The notes under the pieces: generated by a model
The model's input: the letters and a program-made list of their open reading frames with translations, nothing else
The model's database searches: none
Told to the model about the DNA's origin: nothing
Origin: Stellaceae bacterium
Lineage (GTDB): Bacteria; Pseudomonadota; Alphaproteobacteria; ATCC43930; CGMCC-115725
Length of the DNA stretch: 36,683 nt
Direction of reading: 5' to 3'
NCBI GenBank assembly: GCA_035569735.1
Contig: DATMMM010000443.1
Coordinates: forward strand, 1-36,683
Part shown: positions 8,949 through 19,482 of the stretch, one piece after another
Position numbering within the stretch: position 1 is the first letter of the stretch
Layout of the letters: each line of letters opens with the position of its first letter
Program-made: the position numbers and the translations under genes

Positions 8949-9725
8949 ATGGACAAATTCATCATTTTCGAGAAGCGGGCTGAGATTGCGGTCATCACGT
9001 TCAATCGCCCATCGATCCTCAATGCTTGGCATACGCCCATGCGCCTCGAGATCACCGAGCGGCTCAAAGAGTGCAACGCCGATCCGGCCGTGCGCGCCGT
9101 CATCATGACCGGCGCGGGCGACCGGGGCTTCTGCGCCGGGCAGGATCTGAACGAGACGAAGCAGCTGCAGGGCGGCGAGGGCGGCGTCGCCTGGGCCGCC
9201 AGCTGGCCGCCGTTCTACGATGCGCTCCGCGGGATGGAAAAGCCGGTGGTCGCCGCGCTGAACGGCGTCGCCGCCGGCTCCGCCTTCCAATGGGCGATGA
9301 TGTGCGACGTTCGCGTCGGCCACAAAGGCGTGACCATGGGACAGCCCGAGATCAACGCCGGGATCGCCTCGACGCTGGGCCCGTGGCTCATGGTCGAGCG
9401 CATCGGCTGGTCGTGGATGGTCGAGCTCACCCTTTCCGGCCGGATGATGGACGCGGCGGAGTGTCACCATATCGGCCTCATCCATTACCTCGTGCCGCAA
9501 AACGAGGTCATGGCGAAATCCATCGAGGTGGCGGCGCACCTGGCCTCCAAGCCGCCGATCGCGATGAAGCTCAACAAACAGCACTTCCGCACGCTCTCCG
9601 AGCCCGCTTATCGGCTCGGTGTCGAGGAGGGTCGGCGCATCCAGCGCGAGGCCTATGCGAGCGGCGAGCCTCAGCTGTGGATGGAGAAGTTCTTCGCGGA
9701 GCGCGAGCGCCGCAAGCGGAAGTGA
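8949..9725 (+). CDS. Enoyl-CoA hydratase/isomerase (crotonase) family protein
   Basis: RBS GAAGGGA. ITFNRP...NAW...VIMTGAGDRGFCAGQDL oxyanion-hole region and KPVVAALNGVAAG. 258 aa. Confidence 0.85.
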   Translation: MDKFIIFEKRAEIAVITFNRPSILNAWHTPMRLEITERLKECNADPAVRAVIMTGAGDRGFCAGQDLNETKQLQGGEGGVAWAASWPPFYDALRGMEKPVVAALNGVAAGSAFQWAMMCDVRVGHKGVTMGQPEINAGIASTLGPWLMVERIGWSWMVELTLSGRMMDAAECHHIGLIHYLVPQNEVMAKSIEVAAHLASKPPIAMKLNKQHFRTLSEPAYRLGVEEGRRIQREAYASGEPQLWMEKFFAERERRKRK

Positions 9726-9771
9726 TCGGGTACATCCTCGGCCACGGCGTGCTATCGGCGGATTTTGCGGA

Positions 9772-11358
9772 ATGAGCCACAGCGAAGCTCCTGCGTTTCC
9801 CTGGGGAGCCGACGACGCGTCCGCGGGGACTTTGCTCACCCGTTTCGCACGGGACCACGGCGACCACGTCTATTGCCGGTTCGGCGCCCACTCTTCTTCC
9901 GTGCGCGAGATCGAGACGGCGGCGAACCGCGTCGCCCACGGGCTCGCGCGCCGCGACATCCTCGCCGGCGACCGGGTCGGCGTGATGCTGGATCACCATC
10001 CGGACCACGTCATCGTCTTCTTCGCGCTCGCCAAGCTCGGCGCCGTGATGGTGCCGCTCAACGTCCATCTGCGCGGCGCGAGCCTCGAGCATTTGCTGCG
10101 CGACGGCGACCTCGCGAGCCTGATCGTCGAAGCACGCTTCGCCGAAACGGTGCAGCCGATATTGCAAACGACGCCGGTCGGACGCGTGATCTGGCGGGAG
10201 AACCCGGCGGGGTCGGAAACTGACGATTTCGCCGCGCTTCTAGCGGATCCGGAGTCGGCGCCGCCCCGTCACGAGGTCGCACCCGACGACATCGCCGTGA
10301 TTCTCTATACGTCGGGCACAACAGGCCTTCCCAAGGGCGTGTTGCTCACCGACCGCATGGTGAGGGTCGCGGCCTGCGCGTCGGGACGCGTCGCGGAGGC
10401 GAGGGACGGCGACGTCTTCCTGATGTGGGAGCCCATCAATCACATCGGCGGCATGGAGGTGCTGGTCTTGGCGGCGCAACGCCGGATCACGCTCGTGATG
10501 GTCGAGCGCTTCAGCGTGTCGCGATTCTGGCCCGAGGTTCGGGAGCATGGCATCACGCACCTGCATTTCCTCGGCGGGGTGCTGGCGCTCCTCCTGAAGG
10601 CCGAGCCGCGGCCCGAGGACCGCGACCACGGGATTCGCGTGGCCTGGGGCGGCGGCTGTCCGCTCTCGATCTGGCGCGCGTTCGAGGAGCGCTTTGGCAT
10701 CCCCATCCGCGAGGGCTATGGCATGACCGAGTGCGCGAGTTTTTCCGCGCAGAACCTTACCGGCAAGCTTGGATCGATTGGCGCCTGTCTTCCCTATCTC
10801 GAAATGCGCGTGGTCGACGAGCGCGGGCAACCGCTGGGGCCCGGCAAACGGGGCGAGATCTGGATTCGCGGAAAGCTGCCAGGCATCATCACGCCCGGTT
10901 ATTGGCGCAATCCGGAGGCGACGGCTGCGCTGTTCGAGGGCGAATGGCTCAGGACCGGCGACATCGGCTGGCATGACGAGGACGGCGACTTCTATTACAG
11001 CGGCCGCAAGAAGGACAGCGTCCGGCGCCGCGGCGAGAATGTCGCGGCCTTCGAGGTGGAGCGCGTGCTGAACGAGCACCCCGCCATCGCGGAAAGCGCC
11101 ATGGTCGGGGTCCCTAACGCCCTTGCCGACGAAGACATCAAGGCGTTCATCCGGCTGAAGCCCGGTGCCACCCTCGACCCGCTCGCGCTCATCCAGTGGT
11201 GCGAAACCCGGATGGCTTATTTCCAGATCCCGCGCTACCTCGCCTTCGTCGACAGCCTTCCCAAGACGCCGAGCGAGCGCATTCGCAAGGACGCGCTGTC
11301 GCGCGGGACCGAGGATAGCTGGGACCTCGAGCGCTCGGGCTACAGTCTCCGGAGATAA
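9772..11358 (+). CDS. AMP-dependent acyl-CoA synthetase/ligase (CaiC/short-chain acyl-CoA ligase-like)
   Basis: ILYTSGTTGLPKGV, GYGMTE, TGDIG and GRKKD adenylate-forming motifs. ATG 9772 was chosen because the upstream part of the track ORF overlaps the crotonase gene out of frame. The RBS is weak, so the start is uncertain. Confidence 0.85.
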   Translation: MSHSEAPAFPWGADDASAGTLLTRFARDHGDHVYCRFGAHSSSVREIETAANRVAHGLARRDILAGDRVGVMLDHHPDHVIVFFALAKLGAVMVPLNVHLRGASLEHLLRDGDLASLIVEARFAETVQPILQTTPVGRVIWRENPAGSETDDFAALLADPESAPPRHEVAPDDIAVILYTSGTTGLPKGVLLTDRMVRVAACASGRVAEARDGDVFLMWEPINHIGGMEVLVLAAQRRITLVMVERFSVSRFWPEVREHGITHLHFLGGVLALLLKAEPRPEDRDHGIRVAWGGGCPLSIWRAFEERFGIPIREGYGMTECASFSAQNLTGKLGSIGACLPYLEMRVVDERGQPLGPGKRGEIWIRGKLPGIITPGYWRNPEATAALFEGEWLRTGDIGWHDEDGDFYYSGRKKDSVRRRGENVAAFEVERVLNEHPAIAESAMVGVPNALADEDIKAFIRLKPGATLDPLALIQWCETRMAYFQIPRYLAFVDSLPKTPSERIRKDALSRGTEDSWDLERSGYSLRR

Positions 11359-11470
11359 TCCTCCCTCGTCCCTTGGACGCGCCCCGTCCCATGCAAAGTC
11401 GAGGACCAATGGCTCGCCTTCTGCTATTGGCTGGACATCACTGGCACGCCGCTATCGAGGAGGTTCGACG

Positions 11471-11977
11471 ATGCGCACGCCCCCATCACGGTTTGCCGGC
11501 GCCGGACTTGCGCTGGCCGTTCTCGGCGGCTGGCTTGCCGGGCCCGCGCGAGGAGAGCTCCTGACGCACCACGATCTCCCCTATGACGTCGCGCTGACCA
11601 TCGCCAAGGGCGCGGTCGAGAGCTGCGCCGCGAAAGGATATCCGGAGTCCGCGGTCGTGGTGGACCGCGACGGCGAGACCATCGTGGCGATCCGCGGCGA
11701 CAACGCCGCGCCTCACACGATGGAAAACGCGCGCCGCAAAGCCTACACGGCGATGAGCTTTCGAACGGCCACGACCGAATACGCCAAGCGCTTCGCCGAC
11801 AACAATCCGGTGGTGCGCCAGCAGGTGACGCTGCCGAACGTCATCGCCATCCCCGGCGGCTTGCCGATCAAGGTCGGCGAAGAGATCGTCGGCGGCGTCG
11901 GCGCATCGGGCTCACCGGGAGTGGACGAGCCCTGCGTCCAAGACGGTCTCGACAAGGTGGCGGACCAGCTCAAGTGA
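11471..11977 (+). CDS. GlcG/HbpS-family (DUF336, heme-binding-like) protein with an N-terminal Sec signal peptide
   Basis: ATG follows GAGGAGG (11458-11464). Signal-like MRTPPSRFAGAGLALAVLGGWLAGPARG. Family core GGLPI...GGVGASG. Confidence 0.7.
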   Translation: MRTPPSRFAGAGLALAVLGGWLAGPARGELLTHHDLPYDVALTIAKGAVESCAAKGYPESAVVVDRDGETIVAIRGDNAAPHTMENARRKAYTAMSFRTATTEYAKRFADNNPVVRQQVTLPNVIAIPGGLPIKVGEEIVGGVGASGSPGVDEPCVQDGLDKVADQLK

Positions 11978-11987
11978 GGCACCGTTC

Positions 11988-12017
11988 TTGCCGACAGGAT
12001 CGGCCACATGGTATTAA
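11988..12017 (+). promoter_or_regulatory. Candidate sigma70-type promoter upstream of the PLP-enzyme/CoA-transferase/LLM sub-cluster
   Basis: TTGCCG (11988-11993), N18, TATTAA (12012-12017), in an unusually AT-rich stretch of the 89-nt spacer. Confidence 0.25.
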
Positions 12018-12066
12018 AATTAGGACGATAAGACGACTGGGCGTGAAGGCGTAGAGCGCGAGCATC

Positions 12067-13569
<1,503 letters not shown>

Positions 13570-13576
13570 GCAAGGG

Positions 13577-14542
13577 ATGGGGAGCGGATTGACCGAAGGA
13601 TATCTCGAGCTCCGGCGAAAGACCGTCGCGCGCGACCGAAGCCTGCGCGAGAAAGTGATGTCGCTCGAGGAGGCGGCGAAGCTCGTCAAGGACGGCGACC
13701 GCGTCGGCATCGGCGGCAGCACGCTCTCCCGCACGCCGATCGCCATGATCTGGGCGCTCATCCGTGCCGGGCGGAAAGGACTCTCCTGCTCGCGCGGCAT
13801 CATGTCGAGCGACGGCGAGCTCCTGCTGGGCTCGGGCGCCAGCGATCACCTGATCACCAGCTGGTTCAGCCAAGGCATCGTCTGGGGCGTCTCGAAGGTC
13901 ATGCGGCTCTACACGGAATCGAAGCGCGCGCGCTTCGAGGAGTGGAGCCACATGGCCATGGGTCTGCGCTTCCGCGCGGGCGCCATGGGCGTGCCGTTCT
14001 TGCCGATGCGCTCGATGATGGGCTCGGATGTGATCGCGCGGCTGCCCGAGGTGCGCCAGATCGATTGTCCCTTCACCGGCGAGAAGCTCGTCCTCGTGCC
14101 CGCGCTCAATCCCGACGTGGCGCTGATCCACGTGCAGCGCTGCGACCCCTATGGCAACGCGCAGATCGACGGCCTGCAATTCATGGACATCGATCTCGCG
14201 ATGGCGGCCAATCGCGTGATCCTGACCACCGAGCGGATCGTCTCCAACTAGCAGATCCGTCGCGCGCCCGACCAGACCAAGATCCCGTTCCTCGCGGTCG
14301 AGGCCGTGGTCGAGGTGCCCTTCGGCTGCGCGCCGCACGAGTGCTACGGCGTCTATGAGCCATTCTTCAAGCACCACGACATGTACGCCGGGCTGATGCG
14401 CAAGGATCCGGCCAAGGGTATCGCCGAGTACCTCGATCGCTATTTCCATGGGCCCAAGAGCTGGACCGAGTATCTCGACCTCATCGGCATGGAGGAGCTG
14501 CTCGATGCCGCGCGGCGCGGGAGGAGCATCTATGACGATTGA
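13577..14542 (+). pseudogene. Family-I (glutaconate-type) CoA-transferase subunit A interrupted by a single in-frame TAG at 14249-14251
   Basis: 224 codons (…DGDRVGIGGS…ALIHVQRCDPYGNAQIDG…TTERIVSN) are followed by TAG. The same frame then continues for 96 codons (QIRRAPDQTKIPFLAVEAVVEVPFGCAPHECYG…). It ends in a TGA that overlaps the B-subunit ATG. There are no frameshifts. Confidence 0.75.
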
Positions 14543-15323
14543 GACCACGAGCAAAGCCCCGGTGCGCAGTCACACGACCAGCGAGCTGCTCGCGGTCATG
14601 GCGAGCCGTCTCTTGAGAGACGGCCAGGTAGTTTTCGCCGGCGTGGGCATCCCGCTGCTGGCGGCGACCTTGGCGCAGCGCCTGCACGGGCCCGGCCTGA
14701 CGATCTTGTTCGAGGGCGGTACGATCGGCGCGTTCGTCGAGCCGGGGAAGCTGCCGCCCTCGACCAACGAGCAGCGCTGCACGCGGCGCGCCAACATGGT
14801 GCTGAGCAGCACCGACGTGCTGCTGCTCCTGCAGCGCGGCTACATCGACATCGGGTTCATGGGCGGCGCGCAGATCGATCAGTTCGGCAATCTCAACAGC
14901 TCTTTCATCGGTGATCCCGACAATCCGACGACGCGGTTGCCCGGAACGGGCGGCGGCAACGATATATCGAGCCTCACCGACATGATTGTCGCCATGAAGC
15001 ACGAGAAGCGGCGCTTCGTGCGCAAGGTCGATTTCATCACCAGTCCGGGATTCGTGCGGGGCGGCACGAGCCGGCGCGACAGCGGGCTGGTCGCCGGCGG
15101 CATGTACCGCGTGGTCACCGATCTCGGCATCATGGGCTTCGACGACGAGAGCCGGCGCATGACAGTGCTGGCGCTGCATTCCGGCGTCACGGTCGAGGAG
15201 ATCCAGGACAACACCGGTTTCGAGCTGCTGGTGGCCGACGATCTCGCCGTCACGGAGCCGCCGAGCGAGCGCGAGCTCTCGGTCCTGCGCCACCTAGACC
15301 CGGACAAACTCTATATCGCCTGA
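14532..15323 (+). CDS. Family-I CoA-transferase subunit B
   Basis: ATG 14532 is preceded by GGGAGGAG and overlaps the A-subunit stop by 11 nt. VFAGVGIPLLAA…ILFEGGTIG is at the catalytic-Glu position of the SENG-type motif. GGAQIDQFGNLN and PGTGGGNDI are also present. Confidence 0.85.
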   Translation: MTIETTSKAPVRSHTTSELLAVMASRLLRDGQVVFAGVGIPLLAATLAQRLHGPGLTILFEGGTIGAFVEPGKLPPSTNEQRCTRRANMVLSSTDVLLLLQRGYIDIGFMGGAQIDQFGNLNSSFIGDPDNPTTRLPGTGGGNDISSLTDMIVAMKHEKRRFVRKVDFITSPGFVRGGTSRRDSGLVAGGMYRVVTDLGIMGFDDESRRMTVLALHSGVTVEEIQDNTGFELLVADDLAVTEPPSERELSVLRHLDPDKLYIA

Positions 15324-15371
15324 CAAGCCGCGGCTGCGCAGGGCGGCCCCGCCGATCCACAGGAAAAAGAC

Positions 15372-16325
15372 ATGACCGGATTCTCGAACACCTTCGGCAT
15401 CGCGATGCGGAATTTCACGGCGTTCCCGCAATTGCCGGACGCGCAGGAGCTGGTCGAGTACGGCGTCCGGATGGAGGCGCTGGGCTTCGACTCTCTCTGG
15501 GTGTGGGACCATATCTTGCTGGGTGTTGAGCCGCATTTCCCGATCATCGATTCACTGTCGTTGCTGACCGCGGTGGGCGCGCGCACGAAGCGCATCAAGC
15601 TCGGCACCGGCGTGCTCATTTTGCCGCTCAGGAACCCGCTGTTGCTCGCCAAGCAGCTCTCGTCGATGGACCAGCTCAGCCAGGGCCGCCTTCTGCTCGG
15701 GGTGGCGTCGGGCTGGTACAAGCGCGAGTTCGATTCGGTCGGCGTGCCTTTCGAGAAGCGCGGCAAGATCATGGACGAGAATCTGACCATCATGACGCGG
15801 CTCTGGACCGAGGATGTCGTCGCCGGCGACTACCCGCCCTACCACATGAAAGCCGCGGTGATGTTTCCGAAGCCCTATCAGCGGCCGCGTCCCCCGATCC
15901 TGATCGGCGGCTACGTCGACCGGGTGTTGAAGCGAGCGGGCGTGGCGGGTGACGGGTGGCTCACGTATTTCTATACGCCCCAGAGCTTCACGAAATCCTG
16001 GAAGAAGGTGTGCGACTTCGCAGCCGAGGCGGGCAAGGACCCGGCGCGCCTGCTCAATGCCAATCAGCTGCCGATCATGGTGGGGCAGTCGCGTGCCGCG
16101 GTCGAGGCGCCGATGATGGAATGGCTCTCCAAGGAGTGGGACTATGCGTCCTGGAGCGAGTCCACCAAGGACTCCGCCATCATGGGCACGGTGGACGACT
16201 GCGTGGCGCAGCTCCAGGCGCATCTCGACGCCGGCGTGCAGAAGCTCATCTTCGTGCCCTATCAGTACCGCCCGGATCAGATCGACGTTATCGCCAAGGA
16301 AATCATTCCGCGCCTCAAGCGCTAG
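15372..16325 (+). CDS. Luciferase-like (LLM class) oxidoreductase, F420-dependent subtype likely (Rv2161c-like pattern)
   Basis: RBS AGGAAAAAG. GFDSLWVWDH, LPLRNPLLLAKQLSSMDQLSQGRLLLGVASGWYKREFDSVGVPFEKRGKIMDENL…LW. 317 aa. The F420 (rather than FMN) assignment is inferred from this motif pattern and from abutting the F420 operon. Confidence 0.75.
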   Translation: MTGFSNTFGIAMRNFTAFPQLPDAQELVEYGVRMEALGFDSLWVWDHILLGVEPHFPIIDSLSLLTAVGARTKRIKLGTGVLILPLRNPLLLAKQLSSMDQLSQGRLLLGVASGWYKREFDSVGVPFEKRGKIMDENLTIMTRLWTEDVVAGDYPPYHMKAAVMFPKPYQRPRPPILIGGYVDRVLKRAGVAGDGWLTYFYTPQSFTKSWKKVCDFAAEAGKDPARLLNANQLPIMVGQSRAAVEAPMMEWLSKEWDYASWSESTKDSAIMGTVDDCVAQLQAHLDAGVQKLIFVPYQYRPDQIDVIAKEIIPRLKR

Positions 16326-18766
16326 GCGGTTGCCGCGTCGGCCTCGCGCTGATACCGCCGCGCCGGCGCATTGACGACCTCGGCGAGGGGCGCCGCGGCG
16401 AGCGAGGCGCGCCGCCGCTCCTCGCCTGCGCTCTCATAAAGCGTGGTGCGCTGGATGGGCCGGCGTCCCGCCGCGAGAATGAGCGCCTCCATCCGCTCCG
16501 GCGACATCTCCTGGCCATGCGCGGCGCCGGCGGAGCGCGTGATCGTCTCGTTCATGAGCGTGCCGCCGAGGTCGTTCACCCCTGCCCGGAGACAGGCGGC
16601 AACGCCCTCCGGGCCCAGCTTTACCCAGGACGCCTGGATGCTTGGGATGTGCGGATGGAGAGCCAGGCGCGCCACCGCGTGCATCAGCACGGCCTCGCGG
16701 AACGTGGGTCCGCGGCGCGCGCGTCCTTTGAGATAGATCGGCGCTTCCATGTGGACGAAGGGCAAAGGGATGAACTCGGTGAAGCCGCCCGTGCGGGCCT
16801 GATGGCCGCGCACGCGCAACAGGTGCTTCGCCCAGTGATCGGGCCGGTCGACATGGCCGAACATGATCGTCACCGTGCTCTTGATCCCCATGGCGTGCGC
16901 GGCCTCCATCACCGCGAACCACTGGGCCGTATCGATCTTGTCCGGGCAGATTACGCGGCGGACTTCGTCGTCCAGGATCTCGGCGGCGGTGCCCGGCAGC
17001 GTGCCGAGCCCGGCCTCGCGCAGCCTCGCCAGGAAATCGGGGACGCCGACACCGAGCGTCTCGGCGCCTTGCCAGACCTCGAGCGCGGTGAAGGCGTGGA
17101 CGTGGATTCGCGGTGCCGCCTCTTTCACGGCCCGGCAGATATCGATGTACGTGGCACCGGTATAATCCGGGTGGATGCCCCCTTGCATGCAGACCTCGGT
17201 GGCACCCCGCGCCCAGGCTTCCCGCGTGCGGCGCCGGATCTCGGTGAGATCGAGGTCATAGGGACGCCCGCGCAGGTTCTCGCTCAGCTTGCCCTTGGAG
17301 AAGGCGCAGAACTGGCAGCGGAAATAGCAGACGTTGGTGTAGTTGATGTTCCGGTTGACCACGTAGGTGACGGCGTCGCCGTTGACGGAAGCGCGCAGCT
17401 CGTCCGCGGCCGCTGAGACCGCCGTGAACTCCTGTCCGCGAGCCGCGAACAGCCGCACGATCTCCGCTTCGGTCAGGTCCGCGCCCGCCTGCGCTCGCTC
17501 CAGCACGCGCATGAGCCCCGCGTCGAGATGCGCCGGCCTCGGCGCGCCGATAGAAGCCAACTCGCGCTCGGGTACCGCCGTCGCGACGCCCGGCGACCAC
17601 GTCTCGGCCCGCGCAAACCCCGCCGCATCCGAAAGGTGCAGCACCGCGCTCGAGAGCCGGGCATCGAGCCATCGGTCCGGCCGTTGCGCGTAGGTCGGAT
17701 AAATCGCGAGCCGCTCCACGAGCCCCTTGTCGGCGGCGTTGGTGGCGCGCTCGAGGACATCGAGGTGTGGCCATGGGGCCTCGGGATTGACATGGTCGGG
17801 CGTGACCGGCGAGACGCCGCCCCAATCATTGATGCCCGCGCCGACGAGCTGGCCGAGCGCGCCTGGATTGAGGTTGGGCGGCGACTGGATGTTCATCTCG
17901 GCTCCGAGCACGAGCCGCGCCACGGCGATGGTCCAGAGTTGCTCCTCGAGCGCGGCATCGGGCGCGCTCGCCATGCGCGTCTCGGGCTTGGCGCGGAAAT
18001 TCTGGACGATGACCTCCTGCAGATGGCCATGCCGGTCATGAAGCTCGCGGAGCGCGAGCAACGCCTCGATCCGCTCGCGCCGCGTCTCTCCGATGCCGAT
18101 CAGGATGCCCGAGGTGAGCGGCACCGCCGCCTCTCCGGCGAGGCGGATCGTCTCGAGCCGGAGAGCGGGTATTTTATCCGGAGAGCCGAAATGCGGGCCG
18201 CCTCGCTCGCAGAGCCGCTCGCTGCTGCTCTCGAGCATGAGCCCCTGGGAAACGGATACCGCGCGAAGCGCCGCGATGTCGCCCGCGGAGAGCAGACCGG
18301 GATTGGCGTGCGGCAGCAGCCCGGTCTCCTCGAAGACGAGCCGTGCTGCTTCCGCGAGATAGGCGATGGTCGTGTCGTGGCCGAGCGCTCGCAATTCCTC
18401 TCGCGCCAGGTCGTAGCGCAGCTCCGGCTTGTCGCCGAGCGTGAACAGCGCCTCCTTGCACCCGGCCGCCGCGCCCGCGCGCGCGATCGCCAAAACCTCC
18501 TCGCGCGAGAGATAGGCGCGCTCGCCCCGTCGCGGAGCGTGAGCGAAGGTACAGTAGTGGCAGACGTCGCGGCAGAGCTGCGTGAGCGGGATGAACACCT
18601 TTCGCGAGTAGGACACGATCGCGCCGTGGCCGGCGTCTCGCAAATCAGCCGCCGCCTCCATAAGGAGCGCGAGATCGGGGCACTCGCAGAGAGCGAGCGC
18701 CTCCGCCTCCGTCAGTCGCCGGCCCGCTCCCGCATCCTGCACCAAGGCATGCATAGGCTGTGGCAT
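16322..18766 (-). CDS. fbiC: FO synthase (7,8-didemethyl-8-hydroxy-5-deazariboflavin synthase), fused CofG+CofH
   Basis: Two radical-SAM CxxxCxxC motifs: CRDVCHYC (18551-18574) and CYFRCQFC (17306-17329). 814 aa. ATG 18766 is preceded by AGGAAA. The 1047-aa track ORF is an over-extension across cofC. Confidence 0.9.
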   Translation of the reverse strand: MPQPMHALVQDAGAGRRLTEAEALALCECPDLALLMEAAADLRDAGHGAIVSYSRKVFIPLTQLCRDVCHYCTFAHAPRRGERAYLSREEVLAIARAGAAAGCKEALFTLGDKPELRYDLAREELRALGHDTTIAYLAEAARLVFEETGLLPHANPGLLSAGDIAALRAVSVSQGLMLESSSERLCERGGPHFGSPDKIPALRLETIRLAGEAAVPLTSGILIGIGETRRERIEALLALRELHDRHGHLQEVIVQNFRAKPETRMASAPDAALEEQLWTIAVARLVLGAEMNIQSPPNLNPGALGQLVGAGINDWGGVSPVTPDHVNPEAPWPHLDVLERATNAADKGLVERLAIYPTYAQRPDRWLDARLSSAVLHLSDAAGFARAETWSPGVATAVPERELASIGAPRPAHLDAGLMRVLERAQAGADLTEAEIVRLFAARGQEFTAVSAAADELRASVNGDAVTYVVNRNINYTNVCYFRCQFCAFSKGKLSENLRGRPYDLDLTEIRRRTREAWARGATEVCMQGGIHPDYTGATYIDICRAVKEAAPRIHVHAFTALEVWQGAETLGVGVPDFLARLREAGLGTLPGTAAEILDDEVRRVICPDKIDTAQWFAVMEAAHAMGIKSTVTIMFGHVDRPDHWAKHLLRVRGHQARTGGFTEFIPLPFVHMEAPIYLKGRARRGPTFREAVLMHAVARLALHPHIPSIQASWVKLGPEGVAACLRAGVNDLGGTLMNETITRSAGAAHGQEMSPERMEALILAAGRRPIQRTTLYESAGEERRRASLAAAPLAEVVNAPARRYQREADAATA

Positions 18767-18777
18767 TCGAGGTTTTC

Positions 18778-19482
18778 CTAATTGGATTCGATCGCCGGGC
18801 GCGCCGGATCGATATAGGCCGCGGGGAGGCGCGCCGTCGCGTTGCACCGGTCGAGATAGGCGTGACTGAGCGTGGCCGAGCCGCAGGCGAGAAATTCCCT
18901 GAGGTCCTCGGGCCGATCGATATCGAGCCCGATGCCGCGAAGCCGCAGGATGCGCGGGGTGACGCCGCGCTCCAGCGCCGCCTCGAGATGGTGGAAGAAG
19001 CTCTGCTTGCCGAACCGGATCGGGATAGCGTCCATGGGCATGAGCGCGACCGCATTCGTTCCCATATCCGCGAGCGCAGGCACCAAAGTGACGGCGGGGC
19101 GGGTTTGGGGCGCAGCCAGGATCTCGCCGATCTCGGTGCTGGTCGCGAGCGGCACGTCGGCGGGAATCGCGAGCATGCCGGCCGCCCCCTCCGCCGCCAG
19201 CTCTTTCGCCGCCAGCATGATGGCCGCGTTCGGTCCGTCGTGGCGGAGGTCCGCGATCACGCGGGCACCGAACGAGTGCGCCGTCGCGGCGAGCGCGGCT
19301 TCGCGCGTGACCACGATCGTGCCGGCAAGCGCGGGGACGCCCGCGAGCGCGGTCAGGACGTCCTCCAGCATGGCCCGCGCCAGACCCTGCCGCTCCTCGG
19401 CGGTCAGAACACCCGCAAGCCGCCGCTTTGCCTGCGCCAGATCCTTCGCAGGGACCACTGCCCAAAGACCGTCACGGGCCAC
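18778..19482 (-). CDS. cofC: F420 biosynthesis guanylyltransferase (2-phospho-L-lactate / phosphoenolpyruvate guanylyltransferase)
   Basis: LWAVVPAKDLAQAKRRLAGVL N-terminus is typical of CofC/FbiD. GTG 19482 has GGAG 7 nt upstream and overlaps the cofD stop by 11 nt. The alternative start GTG 19512 is possible. Confidence 0.75.
   Translation of the reverse strand: MARDGLWAVVPAKDLAQAKRRLAGVLTAEERQGLARAMLEDVLTALAGVPALAGTIVVTREAALAATAHSFGARVIADLRHDGPNAAIMLAAKELAAEGAAGMLAIPADVPLATSTEIGEILAAPQTRPAVTLVPALADMGTNAVALMPMDAIPIRFGKQSFFHHLEAALERGVTPRILRLRGIGLDIDRPEDLREFLACGSATLSHAYLDRCNATARLPAAYIDPARPAIESN

Noticed and set aside
6822-9839. 1005-aa ORF on the minus strand. Other very long antisense ORFs are similar: 3835-5571 (-), 11743-13803 (-), 13553-14554 (-), 32282-34750 (+), 34825-36108 (+) and 35189-36529 (-).
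   Set aside because: They lie exactly antisense or out of frame to genes with strong family motifs. Their products are Arg/Ala/Gly/Pro-rich and low in complexity, with no recognisable motifs. This is the stop-codon-poor shadow effect expected in high-GC DNA.
14249-14251. Reading the in-frame TAG as pyrrolysine, prompted by the methylamine-related enzyme nearby.
   Set aside because: No pylTSBCD-like genes or methylamine methyltransferases are in the window. Pyl use is known in methanogens and a few Firmicutes and Deltaproteobacteria, not in this kind of genome. The affected protein family is not a known Pyl protein. A nonsense mutation, a sequencing error or simple read-through is far more likely.
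18767-19465. 233-aa N-terminal extension of the fbiC ORF in the track (a 1047-aa product).
   Set aside because: The extension overlaps cofC out of frame and is Arg/Gly-rich nonsense-like sequence. A good AGGAAA RBS and ATG at 18766 give the expected protein of about 810 aa, beginning just before the CofG radical-SAM motif.
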